Shown one piece after another: positions 17,198 through 25,685 of a stretch of 64,000 bases of DNA. The notes under the pieces were generated by a model. The model was given only the letters and a program-made list of their open reading frames with translations, ran no database searches and was not told the DNA's origin. This DNA is from Candidatus Acetothermia bacterium. Lineage in GTDB: Bacteria; Bipolaricaulota; Bipolaricaulia; RBG-16-55-9; DRXL01. The stretch's first letter is position 1, and each line of letters begins with the position of its first letter. A program made the position numbers and the translations under genes. Location of the stretch: the NCBI GenBank assembly GCA_016179105.1, contig JACOSB010000160.1, positions 164 through 64,163 of the forward strand. The letters are read 5' to 3'.

Positions 17198-17209
17198 CTC
17201 TTGCCATCG

Positions 17210-17297
17210 GGAGGGATGACCGAACGGTAAGGAACTGGTCTCGAAAACCAGCACGGCCCAAAAGGCCTTCCGGGTTCGAATCCCGGTCCCTCCGCCA
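17210..17297 (+). tRNA. tRNA-Ser (anticodon CGA), with CCA encoded
   Basis: GGAGGGA acceptor. Anticodon stem CTGGT/ACCAG with loop CTCGAAA. Long variable arm CACGGCCCAAAAGGCCTT. T-arm CCGGG-TTCGAAT-CCCGG. 3' GCCA. Confidence 0.85.
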
Positions 17298-17338
17298 AAC
17301 AAAAACATTCCACACCGTTTGAGCTAGCTTTTTTTTGG

Positions 17339-17367
17339 TTGACGCGCGCTCGTGAAATCGCTAAACT
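17339..17367 (+). promoter_or_regulatory. Sigma-70-type promoter for tRNA-Arg (TTGACG -17 nt- TAAACT)
   Basis: -35 at 17339-17344, -10 at 17362-17367. It is preceded by a T8 run after tRNA-Ser. Confidence 0.5.
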
Positions 17368-17379
17368 ACTCTCACACAT

Positions 17380-17456
17380 GCGCCCGTAGCTCAGCGGATT
17401 AGAGCGTTGGCCTGCGGAGCCAAAGGTCGGAGGTTCAATTCCTCCCGGGCGTACCA
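17380..17456 (+). tRNA. tRNA-Arg (anticodon reads GCG), with CCA encoded
   Basis: GCGCCCG acceptor. D-stem GCTC/GAGC. Anticodon stem TTGGC/GCCAA with loop CTGCGGA. T-arm GGAGG-TTCAATT-CCTCC. An encoded G34 for Arg is unusual in bacteria, where ACG is normal. Confidence 0.7.
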
Positions 17457-17557
17457 CAGATAGCATGGAGCACAGTTGCAAAGCCCTCAGTCTCTTTTCT
17501 TCTAGACACAGTCGCTTGACTTCATCCCCGTTCGCGCTAAAATGGTAGTCGATTGCT

Positions 17558-17959
17558 ATGCGTACGTTTTTCAATGCTGTCACCATCACACTGCTGATTG
17601 CATGCGTCAATATCCTTTCATTTTCGATTACGTGTTACTCCCCCATGTACGGCAGCGATGGCCACGAGCATACGTTCTTCCATCTCTTCGAGACCCACTC
17701 CGATGATCATTCCGAGACTCACTCTGATGCACACTCTAAGACTGATTCTGATGCAGACACCAACTCGCACCACTGCTCGCTCGATTCACATTCTTCGATG
17801 GCCATCATGCTGTCGGCCATGAGCTGCGATCTCTGCATCGGGCAAGCGTCCCTCGCGATTCATGCCCATCCCATCTCCGAGAAAATTCTCTCCGACCATA
17901 CGCTCTCCGTTGCCAGAGATTTTCTCCACCCTCCCACCGAACCTCCCGAACTCAGCTAA
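17558..17959 (+). CDS. Secreted histidine-rich protein with degenerate H-S-D/E repeats, a putative periplasmic metal (copper) binding protein
   Basis: Signal-like N-terminus. HEHTFFHLFETHSDDHSETHSDAHSKTDSDADTNSHHCSLDSHSS is encoded by degenerate ~15-nt repeats. It lies immediately upstream of the CopC genes. Confidence 0.55.
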   Translation: MRTFFNAVTITLLIACVNILSFSITCYSPMYGSDGHEHTFFHLFETHSDDHSETHSDAHSKTDSDADTNSHHCSLDSHSSMAIMLSAMSCDLCIGQASLAIHAHPISEKILSDHTLSVARDFLHPPTEPPELS

Positions 17960-18041
17960 GCTCCTACAGGCAGTCCGCTACGTCATCAAGTTGTGACGCT
18001 TTTTCGTTAGCTGTGTTAAACAACCGAAAGGAGCTTATCTC

Positions 18042-18431
18042 ATGTTCAAGCTGAGCAATCGCAACAAAGCACTCGCTATTTTCGCTGTCATCGGAGGCAT
18101 CGCACTGTGGATGGCCGTTCTCGTCTTCGCGCATCCGAAGGTCACAAGCTCGAACATCGCCCCCGGCGCCGTGCTCGCTGCGGCCGACGTGCCCGGAAGC
18201 ATCCAAGTGCAATTCAGCGAGGACATCGACAACAAGCGCAGTACAATCTACGTCTATAAGATGGGCCCAGACAATGTCGTCGACCTGGGTGATGTGAGAG
18301 TCAATCAAGACACGCTCTCGGTGAGCTTAAGGCCCTCTCTCAGCGCGGGCGTCTATCAAGTCCGCTGGATCGCGATCAGTCCTGATGACGGCGGCTACCG
18401 TGAGGGCACGATCAATTTCGCCATAAAGTAA
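18042..18431 (+). CDS. copC: CopC-domain periplasmic copper-binding protein
   Basis: AHPKVTSS..PG..L....P..IQVQFSEDID...YVYK........VRVNQDTLSVSL...LSAGVYQVRWIAISPDDGGYREGTINFAI is the CopC fold signature, N-terminal H included. Confidence 0.8.
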   Translation: MFKLSNRNKALAIFAVIGGIALWMAVLVFAHPKVTSSNIAPGAVLAAADVPGSIQVQFSEDIDNKRSTIYVYKMGPDNVVDLGDVRVNQDTLSVSLRPSLSAGVYQVRWIAISPDDGGYREGTINFAIK

Positions 18432-18491
18432 ACATCTATAGATGTCAAAGAGTGGGGATCAGAGAAAAATCTGGCCCTCACTCTAGTACAA

Positions 18492-18941
18492 TTGAGAGAA
18501 CTATTTCTGAAAGGAGCCAAGATGAAAAACTCTCGTTTCTTCTCGAAGAAAGCGTTTATCGTTCTAGGTACTCTCGTCGCTGTTTTGGCCATTGCTATCG
18601 CAGGGTTAGTGCAAGCGCATCCAAGTCTACGCGCTGCTGAATCGAGCCCCTCACCGGGTCAGATCTTGAGCGTTGCTCCCACGCAAGTCAAACTCTCCTT
18701 CAACGTAGAAGATCAGGGCTTGGTGACAGACCAGAGCTACGCCTGGGTTTACAAAGAAGAAGGATTACAAGTCGTTGCTCTTGGCAAGGTAGACTTAAGC
18801 AGCGCAGGTCGTAACGTGATGATCATGGCACTGCCAGCCAACTTGAGTCCGGGCATATATATCGTCAAATGGGTGGCCGTCTCTGTTGTCGACCGTGGCT
18901 TCAGTGAAGGCAGTTACAGTTTCGCTGTGACCGGCAAGTGA
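18492..18941 (+). CDS. copC: CopC-domain protein, second paralog
   Basis: AHPSLRAAESSPSPGQILSVAPTQVKLSFNVED...GIYIVKWVAVSVVDRGFSEGSYSFAV. Family A palindrome copy 3 follows at 18977. Confidence 0.75.
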   Translation: MRELFLKGAKMKNSRFFSKKAFIVLGTLVAVLAIAIAGLVQAHPSLRAAESSPSPGQILSVAPTQVKLSFNVEDQGLVTDQSYAWVYKEEGLQVVALGKVDLSSAGRNVMIMALPANLSPGIYIVKWVAVSVVDRGFSEGSYSFAVTGK

Positions 18942-18976
18942 TTGAAAATGCTTTTAACCGCTTAAAATACGATTTT

Positions 18977-19003
18977 GTAGGGGCGAGGTAACCTCGCCCC
19001 TAC
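18977..19003 (+). repeat. Palindromic element, family A copy 3 (perfect 13-bp palindrome GTAGGGGCGAGGT-A-ACCTCGCCCCTAC)
   Basis: Read directly. It sits between the copC2 stop and the copCD start. Confidence 0.8.
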
Positions 19004-19015
19004 AGGAAATTTCTA

Positions 19016-21097
19016 ATGAGCCAGCACAAAATCTTTTTCAGAATCAGTTTCGGATTGCTGCTTGCCGGGTTTCTTATCGTGAGTCTGGGAGCGAGTGCCT
19101 TCGCGCACGCGTACTTACAGAAGACCGACCCGCCGGCGGGCTCTACCGTCGCGACAGCTCCGGAGCATCTGCAATTTTATTTTAGTGAAGATGTCGATTC
19201 CAAATTCAGCCAACTGACGCTCTTTGACTCCGACGGCAAAAAACTTGCTGATCTCAACTTCAAACTCGCGCCGAATGACCCTTTGCATCTCGATGCTACT
19301 CTTCCTCACGTGAGTGACGGCACTTATACGATCGCGTGGCGCGTGATGTCCGCCGTCGACGGCCACACGACCAAAGGCACTTATCCTTTCCGCATCGGCA
19401 AAGAAAGTGCAAGCTGCCTCGATGCGCCTCCCGCGACGCCCGCAAAGACTGAGGAGACCCCAACTCCTTGGGCGCGCGTCTTCTTCCATTGGTTGAGCTT
19501 TTTCGCGATCATTGGACTCGCAGGAGCTTTTTTCTTCCAAGCCCTGGTCATCCAACCGAGTCTACAAAAAGCGGGTTTTCCGGCCGAGCACTGGGCGAGC
19601 GTCACCGTAACAAAGAGCCAGAGATTCTTGCTGATATGCTGGGTCCTCTTCATCCTCACAACCATTCTCGATCTCATCGCTCAAGCCATGAGCAACAGCG
19701 ACTCTTCGTTCAGCCAAGTCATGCAGAGTGCCGTGATGATGCAACTTTTATCGACACGTTTTGGGCTAATCTGGCTCGTGCGCATCGGGCTCGCGCTCCT
19801 GCTGGGCTTATTGATAATTCTGAAAATCCACAAGAGCCGCGCAGGGCTCTGGAGCTCGCTGGGGCTGAGCGCGCTCGTCTTGTTGAGCATTTCTCTATCG
19901 AGCCACAGCGCGGCGCTCAAGGACGGGACTGTCTTAGCTATCTTCGTCGACTGGGTGCATTTGCTGACGTCGGCGATCTGGATCGGCGGCCTGTTCCAAC
20001 TGATGTCCGTGGCTGTTCCGGCGCTACGCTTAATTCCCGAAACGAACCGATACAAACTGATATCGCAGATTGCACCGCGCTTTTCGAGTCTTGCTTTTGC
20101 CAGCGTGATCTTGCTCATCGCTACGGGCGTCTACAGCGCGCTTCGTCAAGTCTCGTCTTGGGAGGCGCTCTTCACGACAACTTACGGGCGCGCGATCGCG
20201 ATCAAACATGTTCTGCTTATCTTCACGATCGCCGTTGCTGCGATTCATTTCTTAAACATCGTGCCGCGCTTGTCGCGCATAGCCGATTCGATTACACAAG
20301 CTACGGCTGAACAAGCGAAGAGCTTGATCCGGCGTTTTCGCAGTTTGGTCAGCGTGGAAGCCGTCATGGTTGTCGCGGTGCTCTTCTTTGCGGGAATCTT
20401 GACGCTCGTCCCGACGGCCTCCCAACCTCAAGATGAGACAGCGTTAGCCCGCACGGGGCCGCTCACGTTCACGGGGCAATCTCAGGGGTTGACTATCATT
20501 CTCACGATGTGCTCGGACCAAGTGGGAGACAACGAGTTCGATGTCTTGGTCTCCGACCCTCAGAAGAATGCGCCCGTCGCCGATGCTCTACAGGTGCTTG
20601 TGGGCTTTAACTATCTCGGACAAGATTTGGGAGGGCTGCACGCCATCGCTGCGCTCAAGGGTAACGGTCATTATCGGACTCAAGGCGCTTTCATGAATTT
20701 AGCCGGAGACTGGGAAGCGACGGTCAGCGTGCGTCGCGCCGGGCAAGCTGAAGATGCCTCAGTAAAATTTTCTCTCAAAATTAAAGATAAGAACGGCCAG
20801 ACTCATGCGGAATCGAAGCCCCAATATGATGCAGCGATGATCGAAAAGGGGCAACTTTTGTACACGCAAAACTGCGCGGCGTGTCACGGTGACTCCGGCC
20901 GGGGCGATGGCCCGGCTGCCCCGACGCTCAAGTACAAGCCCGCGGATTTGGTCGCCCATCGTGGCCATCACACCGATCAAGATTTTCTCTGGGTTGTCCG
21001 TGATGGAACGGGCCTCACGATGCCGGGGTTTAAGGGCAAGGTGAGCGAGGAGGAGATTCGACAGATTATCGCGTATATTAGACAGTTGAAAGAATAA
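19016..21097 (+). CDS. Tripartite fusion: CopC domain, CopD copper-transport membrane domain and a C-terminal mono-heme cytochrome c domain
   Basis: N-terminus AHAYLQKTDPPAGSTV...YTIAWRVMSAVDGHTTKGTYPFRIG is CopC. The middle ~350 aa holds multiple TM helices of CopD type. C-terminus YTQNCAACHGDSGRGDGP...GLTMPGF has CxxCH plus a Met ligand, as in cytochrome c. Confidence 0.8.
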   Translation: MSQHKIFFRISFGLLLAGFLIVSLGASAFAHAYLQKTDPPAGSTVATAPEHLQFYFSEDVDSKFSQLTLFDSDGKKLADLNFKLAPNDPLHLDATLPHVSDGTYTIAWRVMSAVDGHTTKGTYPFRIGKESASCLDAPPATPAKTEETPTPWARVFFHWLSFFAIIGLAGAFFFQALVIQPSLQKAGFPAEHWASVTVTKSQRFLLICWVLFILTTILDLIAQAMSNSDSSFSQVMQSAVMMQLLSTRFGLIWLVRIGLALLLGLLIILKIHKSRAGLWSSLGLSALVLLSISLSSHSAALKDGTVLAIFVDWVHLLTSAIWIGGLFQLMSVAVPALRLIPETNRYKLISQIAPRFSSLAFASVILLIATGVYSALRQVSSWEALFTTTYGRAIAIKHVLLIFTIAVAAIHFLNIVPRLSRIADSITQATAEQAKSLIRRFRSLVSVEAVMVVAVLFFAGILTLVPTASQPQDETALARTGPLTFTGQSQGLTIILTMCSDQVGDNEFDVLVSDPQKNAPVADALQVLVGFNYLGQDLGGLHAIAALKGNGHYRTQGAFMNLAGDWEATVSVRRAGQAEDASVKFSLKIKDKNGQTHAESKPQYDAAMIEKGQLLYTQNCAACHGDSGRGDGPAAPTLKYKPADLVAHRGHHTDQDFLWVVRDGTGLTMPGFKGKVSEEEIRQIIAYIRQLKE

Positions 21098-21116
21098 TTC
21101 CGGGGAGAATCTCAAT

Positions 21117-21746
21117 ATGTCAAAAGAAAAAGCACAGAAAAAACAGAGTTCGAGCCCAAGCTCACGCGCCTGGCTCATCGGTGGCATCGTTGTAGCGATC
21201 GTAGCGGCCATCGCCATCGGAGCTTACATCTGGAAGACAAGCTCTGGGACAAGCTCAAGCCTAACGACCAATGGACCTGTCGAAAACCGGCCATTGCCTG
21301 ATCATGGAGACAAGAGCTTGCTCCAAGGGGTCGAATCGTTCCCCAACGAAGGACGCGATCACGTCTCATCTGCTTCTGAGCTTAACTATAAGACTGACCT
21401 ACCTACGTCGGGGGCTCATTTACCCAGCCCTGTGCCGGCGGGATTTTATAGCGAAAAAATTCAACCGGGGCTCTTGGTGCATAGTTTAGAGCACGGAGGG
21501 GTTGTCATCTATTATGATCCCGCGCGGCTCTCGAACGACGTCGAGAAAAGTTTGCGAGCTTTTGTCAAAGCGCACCTTGAGATGTGGGCGGGTGTCGTCG
21601 TCATGCCGAGCCCGGTACACTATGATGCTCCCTTTATTCTCACGGCCTGGACGAAGATGCTCAAGCTAGAAAATTATGATGCGCGCGTCGTGCAAGCTTT
21701 CTTGGCCGAGTACTTGGGGCGTGGGCCGGAGAACCCGGTGCGTTAA
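21117..21746 (+). CDS. DUF3105-domain membrane-anchored protein
   Basis: N-terminal TM segment (WLIGGIVVAIVAAIAIGAYIW) then ...HSLEHGGVVIYYDPA...TAWTKMLKLENYD, typical of DUF3105. Confidence 0.55.
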   Translation: MSKEKAQKKQSSSPSSRAWLIGGIVVAIVAAIAIGAYIWKTSSGTSSSLTTNGPVENRPLPDHGDKSLLQGVESFPNEGRDHVSSASELNYKTDLPTSGAHLPSPVPAGFYSEKIQPGLLVHSLEHGGVVIYYDPARLSNDVEKSLRAFVKAHLEMWAGVVVMPSPVHYDAPFILTAWTKMLKLENYDARVVQAFLAEYLGRGPENPVR

Positions 21747-23236
21747 GAGTCGGTGAGAGGTCTCTTCATAAACTCTGCAGGCCGGGGAAAAATCGAAGAT
21801 ATTTCCGACAATTCTGTTTTCAGCTGCGCTGCTACTTGCCTTGCTCGCTCCGCTAACTTCTCTCTCAGATAACCAGCTTCCATAGCCGCGTGCAGTTTGG
21901 CTTCGTCAATAATACGAACTTCTCCCTCCGGCTCGCGCGTCACGTCAATCTCCAAGTCGATATAACGGACGCGGTCGGGATAGATCTCGATCGGCGTGTT
22001 CACGTTCGCATAGATACCTTTGCAACGTTCATCGTTCGAATAATAGAAGGTGCGATACTCCCAACGGCCCTCGCAGAATTCTGTGAGCGCGAAATCTCCC
22101 GGAGCTTTGAGCGCGCTGAGCCCGTCGTAGCTTCCATTGCCTCGGATCTCGCGACGCAGCTGCACCGTCTTCTTCGCCGAATCGGCCGCCATTACCTTCC
22201 CGCGCCCCAAAATAATCGTCTCGCCCTCGGGCTTGACGTGTTCGATCAGCAGAGTCTCGCCGACTTCAGGGAATTCGACCATGCGCCCGTTGGAATGATC
22301 GGTGTTGTCACCGAGATACTGTTGGAGCCGTGCTTCGGCTCGATCCACTGTGCGAAAAGACCCGGCGGCTTTGTATTTGTGATGTCCCGGCAACGTCGGG
22401 ACGATCTCGCCACGAAGCTGATCCAAACGCTGCTTGGCGCTCCCGGGAAATTCAAACTGAGTCGTCGCTTCGAACCCGAGCAACAACCCGGGAATGCCTT
22501 CCTCGGGGTGGTCGTGCAAGTGTTCGGTGTGTGCGACCAGCCTCTCTAACTCTGCGATCAGTTCCGGCTCGTCACACTGATACGCGGCGGTGCGCCAGAT
22601 GACGCCCCAGCCTGGGGGCAAGAGTCGACGGCCCACGCGGAGCAAGCGCTCGCGCTCCGCCAACTCTTCTATTTCTCGACTGACTCGAATATTCCCTTGA
22701 GAAGAGAGGACGGCGCGTTGGCCGGGCAGGCTGATCTCCATCGTCACGATGAGATGTTTTCCGGCCGGAGCAAGCTCGCACACTTGGACCAAGATCGCTT
22801 CTCCCAGCCGCAACGGACGAGAGGCCTTGCTGTGAGGCAAGAACCCTACATCGCATCCCAAATCCATCAAATATCCCGACGGACGCAACGATTGAACGAG
22901 CCCCCAGTAGACCGAGTGCAAAGGAGCTTTCACCGGGCGCGTCATCACATCGGGCAAATCGTCTTGGAACGTTGTGGCTAATTTTTCGAGTGCTTCTTTT
23001 GGCCCAGCGGCGATGATGCCCTGACCGCACTCACTGTCTTTTAGCTCAAGGTCGAACGGCTCATACAGGGGCCCCAACTGAAACCGTTCTTGGATTTTGC
23101 GAGAGGGCTGGACGATGGAAAATCCCCGACGATGAAGCAGGTGGGTGAGGGCGGTTGAGTAGATTCCACGGACACGCACTCGGTTCATAAGTGCCCTAGA
23201 GTAACACATCGCGCGTAAAGAGACAACTGGTCCCAT
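21743..23236 (-). CDS. FAU-1-like RNase E/G-family RNA-binding protein with a C-terminal DUF402 (FomD-like) domain, an archaeal-type architecture
   Basis: N-terminus MNRVRVRGIYSTALTHLLHRRGFSIVQPS matches the archaeal FAU-1 start. C-terminus FYYSNDERCKGIYANVNTPIEIYPDRVRYIDLEIDVTREPEGEVRIIDE is DUF402. Confidence 0.6.
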   Translation of the reverse strand: MGPVVSLRAMCYSRALMNRVRVRGIYSTALTHLLHRRGFSIVQPSRKIQERFQLGPLYEPFDLELKDSECGQGIIAAGPKEALEKLATTFQDDLPDVMTRPVKAPLHSVYWGLVQSLRPSGYLMDLGCDVGFLPHSKASRPLRLGEAILVQVCELAPAGKHLIVTMEISLPGQRAVLSSQGNIRVSREIEELAERERLLRVGRRLLPPGWGVIWRTAAYQCDEPELIAELERLVAHTEHLHDHPEEGIPGLLLGFEATTQFEFPGSAKQRLDQLRGEIVPTLPGHHKYKAAGSFRTVDRAEARLQQYLGDNTDHSNGRMVEFPEVGETLLIEHVKPEGETIILGRGKVMAADSAKKTVQLRREIRGNGSYDGLSALKAPGDFALTEFCEGRWEYRTFYYSNDERCKGIYANVNTPIEIYPDRVRYIDLEIDVTREPEGEVRIIDEAKLHAAMEAGYLREKLAERARQVAAQLKTELSEISSIFPRPAEFMKRPLTDS

Positions 23237-23356
23237 CTTCTGTTATTATGCTCGATATGATCGAGATCGATGGAGCAATTGGCGGCGGTTCGGTCCTGCG
23301 GGCGGGGATCGGGCAAAACGCTGCCTTGGATTTACTCAAACCGTCCGTGTGAAGGG

Positions 23357-24136
23357 CTAAATCTCATATCGTTCAACGATCTTTTTCTCGCCCGTGCCGT
23401 CGCCGATGATCTCGACGTGAATCTCAAAATACTCTGCGATGCCTGAATTTTTGAGCTTGGGTTTGAGCAGATTATCGACCTGAAAAATGCCCGCCGAGTT
23501 GGCCATCTCGATCTCGATGCAGACCGGCTTTTTCTCACCGGGTTTCAATTTCACGTTCGCGATCGCGAGCGCCGAGACGGCGTGAATCGTCGCTGTGCCC
23601 GCTTTGAACGGGATGCGCGCGCGGCCCTCTTCCATGTCGAGCGCGTCGGCAATTTTCAGCACGCCGGCTTCGACGGTCATGGGCGGTATATCGGTGTCGT
23701 GCGCGTAGATGGCATGAAGGACTTCCGCCATCATGATCGCTTTCTCACGTTCTTGATAAATTCCCTCGAGCACGCCAGGAAGCATATCGAGCGCGATCGA
23801 GACCGAGAAGGGTTCGTGATGAATGCGATGCACGATATGCCCAATGTCGTGAAAGCACGCGGCGAGCACGACGATCACTTCGGCATCGTCTTTGCTCATC
23901 TGATGGTCCTTCTCGACGCTGGTTTGGATGCCCTTCTCCATGAGCATGCGCAGAATTTTTAGGGCGATGTTGCTCACGATGCGAATGTGCACCGGCCCGT
24001 GATCGTTGATGCCCAGGCGGTTGATCGCGTTCACATTGCAGCAGTACCAAAAGGTGTTGAGCTTTACGCTCTCGTCGATGCGCTTCACGATCGCCGCGAG
24101 TTTTTCGTTTTGTTTGACGGGAACATTCAACGGCAT
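23357..24136 (-). CDS. HD-domain metal-dependent phosphohydrolase
   Basis: H..H ... CFHDIGHIVHRIHHE ... D motifs of the HD superfamily. It sits 12 nt downstream of the NMNAT gene in the same operon. Confidence 0.7.
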   Translation of the reverse strand: MPLNVPVKQNEKLAAIVKRIDESVKLNTFWYCCNVNAINRLGINDHGPVHIRIVSNIALKILRMLMEKGIQTSVEKDHQMSKDDAEVIVVLAACFHDIGHIVHRIHHEPFSVSIALDMLPGVLEGIYQEREKAIMMAEVLHAIYAHDTDIPPMTVEAGVLKIADALDMEEGRARIPFKAGTATIHAVSALAIANVKLKPGEKKPVCIEIEMANSAGIFQVDNLLKPKLKNSGIAEYFEIHVEIIGDGTGEKKIVERYEI

Positions 24137-24148
24137 AGCATGAACTCC

Positions 24149-24682
24149 TTAGGGTTGCTTGTCGGTCTTGGCGATCTGGCGCAGGCGCTCGATCCCGTCG
24201 ATCTCGTCCAATACTGCGGCGACGGTCGTGGGCACGAATTTTTTCCATTCCTCGCCTTGGAGCATCAGCTCGCGAATTTTCGTTCCTTCGTAACGGTCGC
24301 GTTGGACGAAGGGCAAAGGTCTTACTTCAAATCCCGCTTCAGAAAAGAGTTCTTGCACCAGCGTATTGTTCGAGTAAACGATCTCAAACGGAGGAGTCAG
24401 CGAACGGATGTGCGCCACATAGAGCGAGTTTCTTTCAATGTCTTCGATGGGCAAAACATAGGTGGTCATCTTGGTTCCGGCGAGCGCTTTCGTGATCATC
24501 ATGATGCGTTCGCCGGCCGTGAACGGGTCTCTCAATGTGTGACTCCACTGAGCCGAGCCGACGGCGATCACCAGTTCGTCTACGTCGTCGCTCTGCACGA
24601 TATGGTCGATGAGCGCTTGATGGCCGTTGTGATAGGGCTGAAAGCGCCCAAGAAAGAGCGCGCGACAGACGTTGGTGCTCAC
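24149..24682 (-). CDS. nadM: Archaeal-type nicotinamide-nucleotide adenylyltransferase (NadM family)
   Basis: LFLGRFQPYHNGH (the (H/T)xGH nucleotidyltransferase motif in its archaeal GRFQPFHKGH form), AVGSAQ.SHT..PFTAGER and a C-terminal IERLRQIAKTD. Confidence 0.85.
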   Translation of the reverse strand: MSTNVCRALFLGRFQPYHNGHQALIDHIVQSDDVDELVIAVGSAQWSHTLRDPFTAGERIMMITKALAGTKMTTYVLPIEDIERNSLYVAHIRSLTPPFEIVYSNNTLVQELFSEAGFEVRPLPFVQRDRYEGTKIRELMLQGEEWKKFVPTTVAAVLDEIDGIERLRQIAKTDKQP

Positions 24683-24933
24683 GCGCGGGCACCCCCGGCG
24701 AGCGCTTGGCGGATGCGTTCTTTGATGAGATCGGGTTTGGGCAAAACGCCTTCCATCGCGAAAATTTTCTGGTCATTCAAAGATACATCGAAAACGCCCT
24801 CGTGCCCCGGCAGCAGTGTGAGCGAGTCGATCTGCTCAGGATGTTCTTCGAGCAAAGCCCGAACGAGCTCCAGGGCGCGGGGCAAATACATGCACTCAAC
24901 ACAGTATTCGATCGTGATGCATGCCCGTTTCAT
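24679..24933 (-). CDS. Rdx/SelW/SelT-family thioredoxin-fold protein (CxxC variant)
   Basis: 84 aa with ITIEYCVECMYL near the N-terminus, the Rdx CxxU/CxxC position. It is translationally coupled to nadM (ATGA overlap). Confidence 0.55.
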   Translation of the reverse strand: MKRACITIEYCVECMYLPRALELVRALLEEHPEQIDSLTLLPGHEGVFDVSLNDQKIFAMEGVLPKPDLIKERIRQALAGGARA

Positions 24934-25060
24934 ATGCGGCTCATTCTAGCACTCGCTGCACTGGGGTACAACTGAGTGTAGGCGCAGTTCGCGAACCGCC
25001 TCCGCGACGGTGGCCGAACTTCCTGTGCAGGGTTATAATTCACATCAAGGAGGAATCGAA

Positions 25061-25588
25061 ATGCTTAAATTCGGAGATGTCGCGCCAGAGTTCAACTTGC
25101 CCGGTGTCGAAGGAAAAAATCATAAACTTGCGGACCACAAAAGCAAGAAAGCCGTCGCTGTCATTTTTAGTTGCAACCATTGTCCCTACGTGAAAGCGTT
25201 CGAAGATCGGATGATCGCGCTCGCACGCGACTATGCTCCCAAGAGCGTGCAATTCTTGCTCATCAACGCCAACGATCCCGTAAAATACCCGAGCGACAGC
25301 TTTGAGCAGATGGCTGTCCACGCCAAAGAAAAGAACTACCCATTCCCGTACCTGCACGATGCGTCTCAACAAATCGCGAAAGCTTATGGCGCTCAGCGCA
25401 CACCCGAAGTTTTTTTGTTTGATAACAGCTTCAAGCTGCGCTATCGCGGGACGATTGACGACAGCGTAGACGACCCAAATAAAGTGACCAAGCGCTATCT
25501 GAAAGACGCGCTCGACGCCGTCGTGGCGGGCAGAGAGCCGGCAACGAAAGAGACAGCGCCGGTGGGTTGCACGATCAAATGGAAGTGA
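25061..25588 (+). CDS. Thioredoxin-fold thiol-disulfide oxidoreductase (redoxin/AhpC-TSA family)
   Basis: RBS AAGGAGG then ATG. ...AVAVIFSCNHCPYV has a CxxC motif. A TATAAT -10 lies at 25034-25039. Confidence 0.8.
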   Translation: MLKFGDVAPEFNLPGVEGKNHKLADHKSKKAVAVIFSCNHCPYVKAFEDRMIALARDYAPKSVQFLLINANDPVKYPSDSFEQMAVHAKEKNYPFPYLHDASQQIAKAYGAQRTPEVFLFDNSFKLRYRGTIDDSVDDPNKVTKRYLKDALDAVVAGREPATKETAPVGCTIKWK

Positions 25589-25615
25589 GCGCGAGTCAAT
25601 CTAACAACGTCTAAC

Positions 25616-25667
25616 GAAACCGCCAAGTCGCCAAGGACGCCAAGAAAAATCTATGGTTCCTCTGCGC
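25616..25667 (+). repeat. Family B dispersed repeat, copy 2
   Basis: gaaaCCGCCAAGtCGCCAAGGaCGCCAAGAAAAATCTaTGGttcCTCTGCGc lies between the convergent trx-like and pyrF genes. Confidence 0.7.
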
Positions 25668-25685
25668 TCTTTACAGTGAGTTTCG

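Noticed and set aside
19468-20310. 280-aa alternate-frame ORF inside the CopC-CopD-cyt c gene
   Set aside because: It is out of frame with a gene whose domains and TM helices are coherent. It is Arg/Ser-rich like a frame-shadow artefact.
23745-24949. Overlapping ORFs (23745..24248 minus, 23987..24949 plus) across the HD/nadM/Rdx operon
   Set aside because: Alternate frames of well-supported genes, Arg-rich and without RBS.
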